This document shows positions 23,839 through 35,554 of a DNA stretch of 64,000 nucleotides, one piece after another. Source of the stretch: Basidiobolus meristosporus CBS 931.73 (lineage: Eukaryota; Fungi; Basidiobolomycota); contig MCFE01000510.1 in NCBI GenBank assembly GCA_002104905.1, positions 1 through 64,000 on the forward strand, in the 5' to 3' direction. The notes beneath the pieces are model-generated. The model searched no databases. It saw only the letters and a list, made by a program, of their open reading frames with translations, and was not told the DNA's origin. How positions within the stretch are numbered: position 1 is the stretch's first letter; each line of letters starts with the position of its first letter. The translations under genes were made by a program, and so were the position numbers.

Positions 23839-25084
23839 AAAGCCAGGTACCCAAAACATGAAAATTTTCTAGATAGCCCAAACACCCTCAAACTTGGCAC
23901 ACATCATACTGAGGCCTTACTGAGCATATTTGTATGTCTGCTCTGGCTGGACCATGTAAAAGTATAAAAATCACTTTTACTTTCAATAAATCATTAAGTG
24001 AGAACCATAAAATATATATGTTTCCCATTCATTTCCAATATCTCTAAGTCTCTCACAACAGAAAGGAGATACTCTGACTACAAAGTCTTTTAATTGGTCT
24101 AAAATTATCTTGAACATCATTTTCTCACTGTAAATTACGGTAGTCCAAGACATAATCAATTAAGCAAAAACCCTATCAGTAGAGCTGGAACAGATAATAT
24201 ATTTCTGCTCCAATGCATCAGGGATGCTGTAAACAGCAATGTTGCATTGCAGCTTAGTGAGCAATTGAGAAGATGACCAATTATGGTATTAGAGTATTAG
24301 CCAAGATATATGTAAACACTGATGACCACATTTGAATTTGGACACAATTTGGCTAGGTAAGTGTGTTGCAAATATTGCACTTGCAACACAGAGTTTGTAT
24401 TAGCTTAGTCATTTAAGTCTTTTCTCATCAGTGTCATTATTTCCTACACAAATACTTTGTTGCACTTGTGTACTGAATTATCAGATCCTATATACCTGAC
24501 ATTTTGCTATAGATATTGAGCTAGGTACCTTTAATAGATGTAAGGCTATCAATATTTGGAGAGAGATCTTTGAGCACAGTAAGCAGGGTACTGGGTCACA
24601 TCAAAATACATAGAAAGCTAGATGACTTCTAGTAATTTCAACAATACATGAGCATTTAAGGGCACATCTCATCATGTCCCTAGGCTCATGCTAGCTATTG
24701 AGCCTGAATTTGCACCAGCAAATGGTTACCAATCGAGGCGTTATCCGGCAGGATTTGCTAATGGGGAGGTATATTGAGCTCGTGTAGGAAGCACCAGTCT
24801 GACTGATAGATTACTCAGTGAAGTATTTAAAGATGTGATTAGCAAGGTTGTAACTCTGACATTGGCAATCTTTGGGCCTATTATCTACACCACCTCAAAC
24901 AGCCATCTCATCATACCAAAGCTAATAAAGCCCATCATCACAGGAGACAATTGGCCAAGATTCAGAAGCAGAAACATGCAGCCTACCGATTCGAATTTTG
25001 AGGTTCACTTATAAATCTTTATTTAATGAATGATGTAAGGATTTCGTCATGAAGCGTTCAAGTTCGACTCCTTTGAATGAGTCC

Positions 25085-25547
25085 CTATTCTAATGCATTG
25101 TACCAGCCGGATTCCAGAACCTTCTCCGCTTCCGCGTCCACCTTGAAATACGCATAGTCATGGCGACCTCTCCAGTGGTAAATCAAGTAGTAGCTTGAAT
25201 TTGAGGGAGCCGAGGTGACTCCATCCGAGAGTGCTGGACCGGGCATGGTGAGCGGGGAGATGCCTTCCTGTGGGTTGAGTGTAGGCGATAGTTCATCGGG
25301 TTTTCCCAAATGAAGAATTACTTCGCTAGCGGGGGTTCCGGCCTGACCGAAAGTTGTTTGCAAAGACTAAGGGGATTCAGTAAGACATAAGAAAACGATC
25401 CGCTACATCCCGACCTACCTTCATAAGCTCGTGTTTCTTTCCATTGTGTGAATCCACTTCAGGTATCCATTCCTCCCCGCCGCTGAAGTGGCTGGGGATG
25501 GCTCGCAGCGCTTGGAACTCCTCTGCCATCTGTTTGATATCGGACAT
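25085..25547 (-). CDS. Small conserved-looking hypothetical protein (136 aa, 2 exons)
   Basis: Exons 25547-25419 and 25366-25085 with a 52 nt GTAGGT...TTAG intron. Protein MSDIKQMAEEFQALRAIPSHFSGGEEW...YLIYHWRGRHDYAYF...GWYNALE. Confidence 0.8.
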
Positions 25548-26083
25548 CGCTACTACAACTAGCACAAAGAAGAATACGAAACGGAGCAGTTTGGTGTGTG
25601 TGTCGGGCTCAGAGGGAAACTGTAGCAATCAACCGATTCCCACCACATTTTATATCCATGCCAACTCCAGTTACGCATGCTCGCATTCATGACGTATCAG
25701 GAAGCAGCATTAGACTACTCTTGTTTGTGCAATTTCGCCTGATTTCAAACCGAATTTGGGCTTAATGAAGCGGTAGTCATCATTGTACGATTTATGCAAC
25801 CTGCCTAACATCATGACTAGACAAGTGTGTATGGATGACCCTGGAGATCAGGTGACCTGGCGACGGATGGGATTTGTTTTGTTTACCATCAGGCAGACTT
25901 AAATGAGCTGTGAAGGATGATTCGTCGGTGGATTGATTTGTTGACATTCTCATGAGAGGAAAGAGCACTGTGACTGAGATTAAAAACTTTGGTTACTTTA
26001 TCTCCCAAGGGTCTTCCATTTTCGTGATATAGTTTTTCATAGAGTAATTTGTCGGATTGTTTCCTACTAAAGCCCAATACACC

Positions 26084-29000
26084 ATGTCTGCTCACTCAAC
26101 GCATCCAAGTGAGACACCAGCGCCGAAGCGACGTTTAGTCGAGCCTTCGACCGGCCGTCGAGGCCCTGATACTCAGAGACGAAGAATCCTGCGAGACCCG
26201 AAGTTCCAAGCAGTGGAGAAAGAAAGCATCCAGGTTGTCATTCGTTGTCGGTAGGTGTCTCGTTCTTCCGTCTCATCGCTGAGTCTTCTTCTAAAGCCCG
26301 TTTACCCAGGGGACGTAACGACAAGGAGTTGAGAGAGAACTCTCCATTGGTCGTACAGAGCAACAGTCTGATCGGCTCCGAGATCTCTCTGAAAGCTGGC
26401 CCGTTCGACAAAGCGGCCAGAACCTATACTTTTGACAAGATTTTCGGCCCCGAGGCGACGCAAGAGCACGTTTACGACAACGTGGTGAAACCTTTTCTGG
26501 AAGAGGTAAATACCAACTACTAGTCTCCGCGGCCGCACTCACACTCAGAATCGCTGACATTTCTATCCACCATTTCCCACGGTCGCCAGGTCATCATGGG
26601 GTAGGAAAACAATGCATCCTTGTCTCCACCATCTCACTTGTCACTCATCGATTACACCCACTCTAGTTACAACTGCACCATCTTCGCTTACGGCCAAACA
26701 GGCACCGGTAAGACGTATACCATGGAGGGAAATCTGGAGGAGGTGAACAACTCGTTCTCCAAAAACGCCGGGATCATTCCACGAACGCTACACAGGCTGT
26801 TTGAGAGATTGGAGTCCGAAACTGCCGAGTACTCCGTCCGCCTTTCCTTCATCGAGCTCTACAACGAAGAGCTCAAAGATCTGCTTGCCTCCGATGACGA
26901 CACGAAGCGTCTGAAAATCTTCGAGGATATCTCCCGTAAGGGGTCGGTGGTTATTCATGGATTGGAAGAGTTCCTGGTTAACAACGCCATGGACGGCATC
27001 CAATTGCTGCAAAAAGGCTCCTTGAGAAGAAAAATGGCAGCCACGAAATGCAATGACAAGTCTAGTCGTTCGCACAGCGTCTTTTCCATCACCGTACACA
27101 TCAAGGAATCCACCCCCAACGGCGACGACCTCCTCAAGGTTGGTAAATTGAACCTTGTCGATCTGGCAGGTTCCGAGAACATTGGCCGTTCGGGGGCCGA
27201 GAACAAGCGCGCCAGAGAGGCCGGCATGATCAATCAGAGTTTACTGACTCTCGGAAGAGTAATCAACTCCCTCGTGGAAAGATCCCCTCACATTCCATAC
27301 AGAGAGAGTAAACTGACCCGTTTACTGCAAGACTCGCTGGGTGGTAAGACCAAGACCTGCATCATTGCCACCGTTTCACCAGCACGAATCAACCTGGAAG
27401 AGACGCAGAGCACCTTGGACTACGCCAGTCGTGCCAAAAGCATTCGCAACAAGCCGGAGGTGAATCAAAAGCTCACCAAAAAGGCTCTGATCAAAGAGTA
27501 TGTGGACGAGATCGAACGGTTGAAGTCGGATCTTATGGTAAGCTAGGATGCATCGCTCCCAGGTTGTACATGACTAACCGTTGCCACAGGCGTCTCGCGA
27601 CAAAAACGGCGTGTATCTCACGTCGGAAAACTACCAGTCGCTAGTGGATGAGAATCGGAGCAGTCAAGATCTCATCAATGAGCTGAACAAGAAAATGGAG
27701 ACCATACAAGAGCAACTAAACTCGACCACCGAAGAGTTCAAACTTAAAATGGACCTCCTCAATAGCACTTCGGAGCGCCTTGCCACCGCGGAGATGCAAT
27801 TGGAGCATACATCGAGCACCCTGGAAGAAACTTCCCAGAACCTACACGATGCAAAGCAAACACTCGAAGAGCAAAAGGTGCTAACCGAGGCTCATGCGGA
27901 GACTGAGGTGATGCTCAACTCGCTGGCAAATGGGTTAGTATTCTCTCTCAAGAGGAGTCTTGAAGATTCGCACCACTTACATGCCAAGATCGATCGGAAG
28001 AGCGTCATTGAGATGGAGAATAGGCGGTTGTTCAAGGAATTCCAGCAAGTACTCACTTCCCAGGCAGAAAACCTGGAAGCGGATATTGAGGAGTTCAAAG
28101 GAGCTCAGCACACTTTCATCGACACCTGCGTTAGCCACCTGCATACGTTTGTCCATCAAAAGCTCAAAGAGGTAGCACAACAAGCAGCATCCATTGACGA
28201 GACTCTGCAATCCCATGCAGAACAGCAATCCTGCCTGCAGAAAGCATTCCAGGGCTACAAGGATAGCATGGCTTCACACCACACTCAGGCCGAAGGCTCT
28301 TACGACACCATCCGGGTGGCGCTTCGTAACCAGACCGAAACCTTTCAGCAGCTAGGTAAAGATTTGTTCGAGACATTCAGCCAAGAATTGCACAAGTATC
28401 ACAGTGGCTTTACTGTTTGGCAAGAAAAAATGGAATCGAATTTCCATAGATTAGCCAAAGAGTCCAAACGCCAGGCGGAAGAGCAGGGCTTGTTACTCGC
28501 CTCCATGGCCCAGACTGTTAGAATGGAGAGCGAGCAAGAGGTGAGTAGACTCCATCAGCAAAATGCGGAGTTGGCGACTGCTCTTCAGCATGAAAAGGAG
28601 AAGAATGCGGAGAAACAAAGTCAACTTCTCACTCATGTCGCGAAACTGGTCCAAGAGTACAGTGCTAAACGGCAAAAGAATCACCACCAAACCGCTGGGA
28701 AGCTGCAGTCTGCACTCTCCTCCAACACGGCCTCTCTTCAAAATCTCAAATCGAAGGTCAGCTCGGTGTCCACCGGCGCATCGTCGAAGAACTCAGATTT
28801 CATGGCCGGCCTGGCTGCAGCCACTCAACAGATTGTTGATAAAGTTGCCACTGGATCAAAGCATCTGGAGGCCTGCTCCCACAACAATGTCGGCTTGTTA
28901 GACAAAGCTCAAGCCAGATTGAGTACGCGGATGAGTGAGTCCCTATGTGTTGTTGATAAACAGCTAAAAAACATGGAAGCCATCAATCATGGACTGCTCG

Positions 29001-29386
29001 ACTCCTCCCACAAGTTCTACAACGGCCACTTGAAGGAATCCCAAGATCTCCGGTCGGAATTTGCGCAGAAGCACAATTCCTCCAAGTCGCTAGACATCTC
29101 CATGCAAAGCAACATACTTGAGCACAAGAATGAGATGGTAGCAAGCTTGTCAGCCATCACTGACGCCGTGAACACACTCCAGAGCTCAGTTGACGAGCAT
29201 CTGTGTGACACCAAGAACACTGTCAACCGCGTGATTAGTCAAGAGATTAAGGTTGACCGGGCTACTGGCGAAACACCCCAAAAGCGCAAGTACTCTCACA
29301 GCAGCACCTGGCCGCTAACTCGTCCACACGAAATGATCCTTGAGGAATGGCGAAACCAGGCCGAGGAGTGCTCCGAGACACGCTAG
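26084..29386 (+). CDS. bimC: Kinesin-5 (BimC/Cut7/Eg5 family), 1013 aa, 5 exons
   Basis: Exons 26084-26250, 26310-26505, 26590-26600, 26667-27537, 27590-29386 (3042 nt). P-loop GQTGTGKT, switch SSRSH and DLAGSE, coiled coil, and BimC box TGETPQKR (29264-29287). Confidence 0.97.
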
Positions 29387-30362
29387 TCGGGTTGGTTTCT
29401 CCTCGTAATCGCTCTCACTCGCCTTGTACTTGCCGATGATTGTATGATTACCTGCAATCGTCAGAAGTTCCAATTGCACATGAAAGCCAACTCCATCGAC
29501 CGTGAATATTTGTCAAAGTGCTGGTCATAAGTTGTCATATTTTTGAACTGTACAATATTATGCGTATTAATTTCTGGTTTTGTTGAGATGACTGAGTTGG
29601 TAGAAGAGATTTTGTCGGTTTTGGTTGAATAATTTTTGAGCGTACATTCATGCGTCAACACTTTAAACTTGAATGGTAGGTTAATAAAACGGTACCTCAA
29701 CAAGCGGAGCCATTCTGCCCACGGCTTTGATCACCTTAGATAGATAGCCACTAGACTCCATTCTGCACACTTTGCTCAGGCCATTGCCATAAGACCTGGG
29801 CAGCGAGACATCGCGCCACCTCTAGAGTTGTGCGGACCTTCCCAAACCCACGTCTATGCAGCTAGCATGCACCCAGAGAGTTCCAACAACCCGTATATCT
29901 ATGCAGCGCCTTCTGTAGTTGAGACCATGCAGCCAGTTATTCCACCGGATCCAGGATATTCCTGATCTGCCTGAAGTTCTTTGCCTAATTAAAGTCGGGA
30001 TAAAGATCCACCTATGCGCAGGCAGATGCGTTGTAGAACCCAGATTGCTGGTCACTCATCAATGGTATGACCCGAGTAAGCTATATTTGGGCAGCGCCAA
30101 CATGGGAGGCATTGGGCAGTACTCTACTGCGCCTTCCTTATATGGTTGCGAGATTGAGTCAAGTTTGGGGTTAGGCTCGGTCTCTGGGAAGCAACCCAAC
30201 ATGGTTTTTAATGGTTCCCCACACAGGATGGGATGGTTGTTTAATAGCAAGCAATTTTGGGAGTGTGTAATGGAAAAGGAGGATTGAGGACCTAAAGATT
30301 AAAGAAAATACAGGGAATCTCACCTAGAGTACGGAGGGGGTCAAGCTGATCGATGTGTACAT

Positions 30363-31188
30363 TTACTTGTTGCTAATCACCAGTTCCAAGAACTGCTCAT
30401 AATTGATGTAGACCCAGCCATCCGAGTCGGTATCGAAGTTGCGGAACGAGTTGGTGAGGGAGTGGATGGTGACGCACACTTGGATGAAGCTATCAAATGT
30501 GATGTCTCCTTTGCCTGCGAGTACGGACCGACGCATTAGTACCTTACGCTTCAGCAACAGGGAAAAAGTAACTACCGTGTCTATCGTATTTGAGGATCAG
30601 TGTATGGATCAACCGGTCGCCGATATTGTAACCGAAAGTACGCAACGCGTGCTTCAGTTCACCAGCATCTATAGAGCCGCTGCCATCCCGGTCGAAATTC
30701 CGAAAGCACGCACGCCATTTCTCGATGTATCTCCATAGGCCGACAAATTCGTATATATCGATGTAGCCGCTCTGGTCACGGTCAAACATATTCATCATCA
30801 AGCGGACCGTTTCGAGGTTGAATTGGGACATGTTATCTGGTGGGGTGGTGGGAAATGAGTCAACACGTTGTGGAGGGTGGGCTGAGTTTTGTCTATATAC
30901 CGTTCAGTAGGGCATTTTGAAGTTCTTCGGTAGTTAGCTTTCCATTGCCGTCGCTTTAAAGCAAAGTATGAGTATCCACAATGGGTAGAGATTTTTCGCC
31001 TCAGCCCTACCTATCAACTGCCTTGAACCAGTCCTGAAGTTGACGGTCATGTATAGGCGGTGGCTGTGCCGGAGCGGTCCCATTGGAAGCTGCTCGGCAT
31101 TAGAATAAGTAGAACTACGGAGGTTGATAATGCAAGGATACTCACCAACACTATAACGCCTATCCATGGGAGTGTTTCTATAAGCCAT
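30363..31188 (-). CDS. PEF1: Penta-EF-hand Ca2+-binding protein (Pef1/peflin/ALG-2 family), 5 exons
   Basis: Spliced product MAYRNTP...LQDWFKAVDSDGNGKLTTEELQNAL...DRDQSGYIDIYEF...DRDGSGSIDAGEL...DTDSDGWVYINYEQFLELVISNK; four GT-AG introns. Confidence 0.93.
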
Positions 31189-33355
31189 GGTTACAAAGAT
31201 GCTTCCGGGGAGAACTGTGTAGTTTGCAGGAAAATATCAAATAGAAGCGTAATGCTCTAACGTTCGGATCAAGTTGAAGAAAGAACGCTCGCAACTGGCT
31301 GCCGTGTGGAGACTTGAAATTAGTCTTAAACCATGGCATATTAGGAATCCCTGGTCTTTTTATCGCATCAAGTACACATCGACCCTTGTCCAGGGGCTAA
31401 ATTCCCATCACATACCTTGTGTGGAGGTTCTCTGATGCAAATTCCGCTTGTGCCATTGCCCATTTTCAGCACTATTCCGCGACCGAATTCGGTCGCTTGG
31501 CTGGAATCGACTGAATCATGATGGATGACAGGCCAATAATAGATGTAATCGAGGTTGGTGTTGAATGAAAGGATCAAATGTGCTTGGTTACGTGAATCAC
31601 AACCATAATTTCCTGGTTTCCTTAATCAGCATCTCCAATATGAATCGATATTAGGAGCCCTCCTCATCAGGAGCAATAGCCAAAGAATGCACAACAGTCT
31701 GATGCAATGTAAGACAGATCTAGCGAGCAAGTTTATTTTCTCGACGATGTAGTGTGTGGTAGAGAGGCCTGCAACGCTTCCAAGTAATACAGGATGCTTC
31801 TGGTTGGGGCTGTTGTCTTCGATAGTCGTGCCATGGAACGTAGCACTGGTGGCATTCCATCGGATTGTATTAATCCTCAGTACTTCTCGCATTTGCACCA
31901 ATGCCAGTGCGATTATATCGCTCATGTGACTCGCAACCGCTTGCTGCTGAACTATAAAGCTAATTTTCGGACACCGTTTTAGAGCGGTGCATAACGAAGC
32001 CATCCCAAGCTCTGGGATCATCTGATCAACGTGATCAAGAGCGTGCTGTGAATCCGGCCCACCATGACACCTAATAGAATTTATGTAACCATGGTTGTCC
32101 ACTCAGAAGCTTTCTGAGCCTTCCACTTGATAATCAAACAGCTTTCCTGAGCACAGTCGATGATTTAGCCGAATGGAACTTTGCAGCCATACTCAACATT
32201 AGTCACATCTATAGGTCGATGCCTATCCCAATCAGCCCTCTCCTCAGCGAGAGCAAGAGAACAGCTTTGGCGTTGCATCACTTCCGATTGGCATCGAGGG
32301 GCCAGAGCCTCCAGTAAGAGTCCGGTGTGTGCTTGCATATTTGAATACAGCCATCGACCTCGAGAGTATCTTGCAGTAATGACCTAATCTTTCGAACTGA
32401 TGGAATCCTTAGCTGGTTTATTCAAGTCTTCCTGCATCGCAGCCACGAATGGAGCGGCGTGTTGGTAAATGGTGCCGCAGCCTAGAAGAGCAGCATGTGG
32501 TCACATTAACATATGCAGAATCGACATGCATTTCTGAGCAACTTTGGCTAACGCATGATGCCTAGGCCCTTCAGTTGCGGGTTGGATTGTCCAGGAACAT
32601 ACCAGTCCGCTCTTGCGATCCATGGATGGACCAGAGGTGCTACTACCCGCAACACAGGCGTGGCATTCGTTCGGCAGTTGGCGCTGGGAAGTCGAGTATT
32701 GGTTTCAGACGTCACTCAAGAATGGAATCCCTGATGTGAAGGGCCAGTGTTGAGGATCATGCCATGATCGGCTGATTTCGAATGTTAACTCACTTGGCTA
32801 TGCTTGAGTTGATGGGGCGCTTGGAATGCGGTGGTGTTTTGGATTGCGGCCGTGGTGTATATATTTGGTTTCATCCACACTTCTGCTTGTTATTGATCAG
32901 TGTCCGGCCAGCAACCAACCAGAATCCGATCTCAATGGTACTCATATTTCGGCATCACTGTGCATTTGATCACATAGCTGAATCAATGGGCAGGCCGATT
33001 ATGATTGCAGCCCGATTATGCGAATTCAATCAATCTGGTAATACGGTCAACACAATTTGATGGGTTTAAGGGCACCCGGCTTGGTTGTCAGGCTAATAAG
33101 TATGTCACTGCTCCCTCACCATGCACGGCCATAATCATGGTTTTAATCAACTATTTATCAATGCGAGACTGTTGATAATGATTGTCCAGCAAATAGCGAA
33201 AGGTGATTAAATGATGGGTCACCTTTGTGCTCACCTGATTAGGAACCTAGTTGCCACAGCCTTGAGCAGCCAAAACATATAATCCTTTGTAACCCGTTGC
33301 TGTTTGTTTACACTCTAGCATATCCATAGCTAATCTGTCGATAAGTAACTTGAGA

Positions 33356-34041
33356 ATGACACCCCTAAACGGATTCAGACGAGCTAACCCCCGCACAAAC
33401 ACTTCATACCGCTCTCACAGGAGTTACCGAATTTACATCGGGAACGAAGGATTCATACTATCCAATTCCAACCCTACTGTGGGTTCAAACTACACATCGG
33501 CTAACTATAACCCCACTGTCTTTCTACAGCTAAACAACACAAAGCCTTGCTGCGCACTCAATTGCAACGCTTGCCAAGCCTTAATCTCCAAAAACGCCAT
33601 ACATGCTGTCTTATTGAACAATACAAGAACCGAGATTTTCGCTACGGATGCACCCCCTATAGGGTAAGACATGCTGGTTTCTGTTGGCCAAGCTTGATAA
33701 TAACGTGCACATCTAGGGTTGAAGGAGTCGGGGCGGATTACTGGTCCAAGAGCTGTGGTTGCCGAATAACCGATCTTGCCTGTTTAAGCTGGTACGATAT
33801 TGAGCACGAACGCTTCTCAGCAACAATGGTTAATGGCTTTTCTTATAGCGGGAATATCATCGGATACGCTTTATCTTCAATCTGCCCGAACTGCACGTCG
33901 GAGCATCAGTGGCGATTCCACAGTGATACAGTGACCTTCAACGAATCCTTGGATTTCCATCCTAGCGACATTGGTGCTGTGATGGGCGCTGGGATCACGG
34001 ATTCCGTTATGGAGGTTGAAAGCGAGTTTCCAGGCCGTTAG
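33356..34041 (+). CDS. FAM72: FAM72-family protein
   Basis: Introns 33664-33716 and 33792-33848 (and probably 33479-33529) give CCALNCNACQALISKNAIHAVLLNNTRTEIFATDAPP...SCGCRITDLACLSCGNIIGY...CPNC...QWRFHSDTV. This aligns with recalled human FAM72 ([20 protein letters not shown]...LFSTDIPP...CKCKLKDIACLKCGNIVGY...FWMFHSQAV). Confidence 0.88.
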
Positions 34042-34552
34042 CCAAAAGCAGGAATCCATTAGACATGTGCCCACAAGAATCTAAGTAATCATCAAGAAAT
34101 TCCAGTACACCCAATCGAGCATTTGAATTGTGTGTATGCACCAGATTAACGTAAACTTATGTGTTGTCCAAGCAGTTCACCTAAACCGCTGCTCGTGTGC
34201 GGCCCTTACTATTCATACCTGCAGCTTAATATATGTAGGGCTAGGGACATTTTTTGATCATGACTTTCCATACCGTGTTACGAATAAATATCATCAGGAG
34301 TTCTGTCCGAGATCTGATTGATGGCCCTTGTGCTACTTGTTTGTTGGGCCGTTAAACCGGAAGGTCTGGGCCTGGAGTTTGAATACTCCACTGTGGAATG
34401 AGCGGGCGGGTAATGACTGATTAATTCTTGCACACAGTACAGCGTGGAATTGATGGCTTTGATGCCGATGATTATGGAGAGATGGTTAATATAGCTAGCT
34501 CAGCTATCAAGTGCCAAAGTAGCTGGGTGAGATGAGAGTATGGCAGCCATGG

Positions 34553-35554
34553 TACAGGCAATGGCACATTTGTTGTACGCATGCTGTCCAGATGCAATGA
34601 TTGAGCCACCGCTACCCTTCTTCTAACTGCAGTTCCGCTGCCGACGCCAGTCTCTCGGGGATGCGTTTCTGCATACATCCTGATAGTGCCGATAAGCAGA
34701 TGGGAATCAGGTTACTCATGCGTCTATACATCGACCTGAGGTGATGCATCTAATAGGGTTTACCTATGACTTTGTGTCTGTTGGAATAACCATTTCCCAC
34801 CCCGTTTCTACCCAGGCTGGTGATGCGATGTACGAGAGTATTCGTTGATCGGGTAAGGATGTTACTAGATGCCAGGGAAGTAGCATCGCCTCCGTCGAAA
34901 CACTCACAGCTGTGTCTGGATTTTTTAGCGCTGCCCCTGGGCTTACATGCGGCCTAGAAGTTTCAGAGGTACAGAGCAGGAGGGGAGATGGGTGAGATAT
35001 AGACAGCAAAGGGTGCGACTGACAACGTAGCCAGCGATTTGTTGATACGAGTAGCTCCTATAAGACCAGTTAGCAAAGATTTGGTGTCCTCTAACATTCC
35101 ATTCCACGTTACCATCGCTTTTCGATTTGCTAGCGTTGCGGCCACTGGATTGTTCAAGCGGACCTCCAAAAAAGATATCAAATACTTAGGATCACACCAT
35201 ACATATCTTACTACGGAGAGGTCAATGGTATTGTAGACAGTGTTTCCGACTCACTCGTCCAGCAATGGCATCAAATCGCTCGAGTCTGGGAAGTAGGAAT
35301 GGCTAAACAGATACAAAGCGGCGGGCAAATCCCAGAATCGTGATAGCAGCCAACTAGATGTATCACCCCAGGACGATGTACAGACACATGAGTAACCTGA
35401 TTCCCATCTGCTTATCGGCACTATCAGGATGTATGCAGAAACGCATCCCCGAGAGACTGGCGTCGGCAGCGAGACTGCAGTTGGAAGAAGGGTAGTGGTG
35501 GCTCAATCATTGTATCTGGACAGCATGCGTGCAACCAATGTGTCATTGCCTATA
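34553..35554. repeat. Inverted repeat: 200 bp arms (34553-34752 / 35355-35554), 602 bp spacer
   Basis: Ungapped match. Core 34636-34720 is the exact reverse complement of 35387-35471; CpGs are retained. Confidence 0.93.

Larger units (their letters stand above)
22170..24060 (+). mobile_element. Heavily decayed Ty1/Copia 3' half (RT-RNase H remnant plus 3' LTR 23364-24060)
   Basis: Colinear with the better-preserved copy at 50110-51360; interrupted by a mini-CACTA and a solo LTR. Confidence 0.82.

Noticed and set aside
25045-25085. GTTCGACTC resembling a tRNA T-loop
   Set aside because: No acceptor, D or anticodon stems; it lies in the 3' flank of the small gene.
26291-29226. Many antisense and off-frame ORFs over the kinesin gene
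   Set aside because: Shadow ORFs of a GC/CpG-rich coding sequence.
29822-30287. ORFs between the convergent kinesin and PEF1 3' ends
   Set aside because: Short, no motifs, no consistent splice structure.
31479-31496. Perfect 18 bp palindrome GCGACCGAATTCGGTCGC
   Set aside because: About 0.2 such palindromes are expected by chance in 64 kb; no supporting context.
31626-32760. 158-aa ORF and neighbouring broken frames on the - strand
   Set aside because: Non-ATG start, no recognisable domain, and no coherent exon chain could be built.
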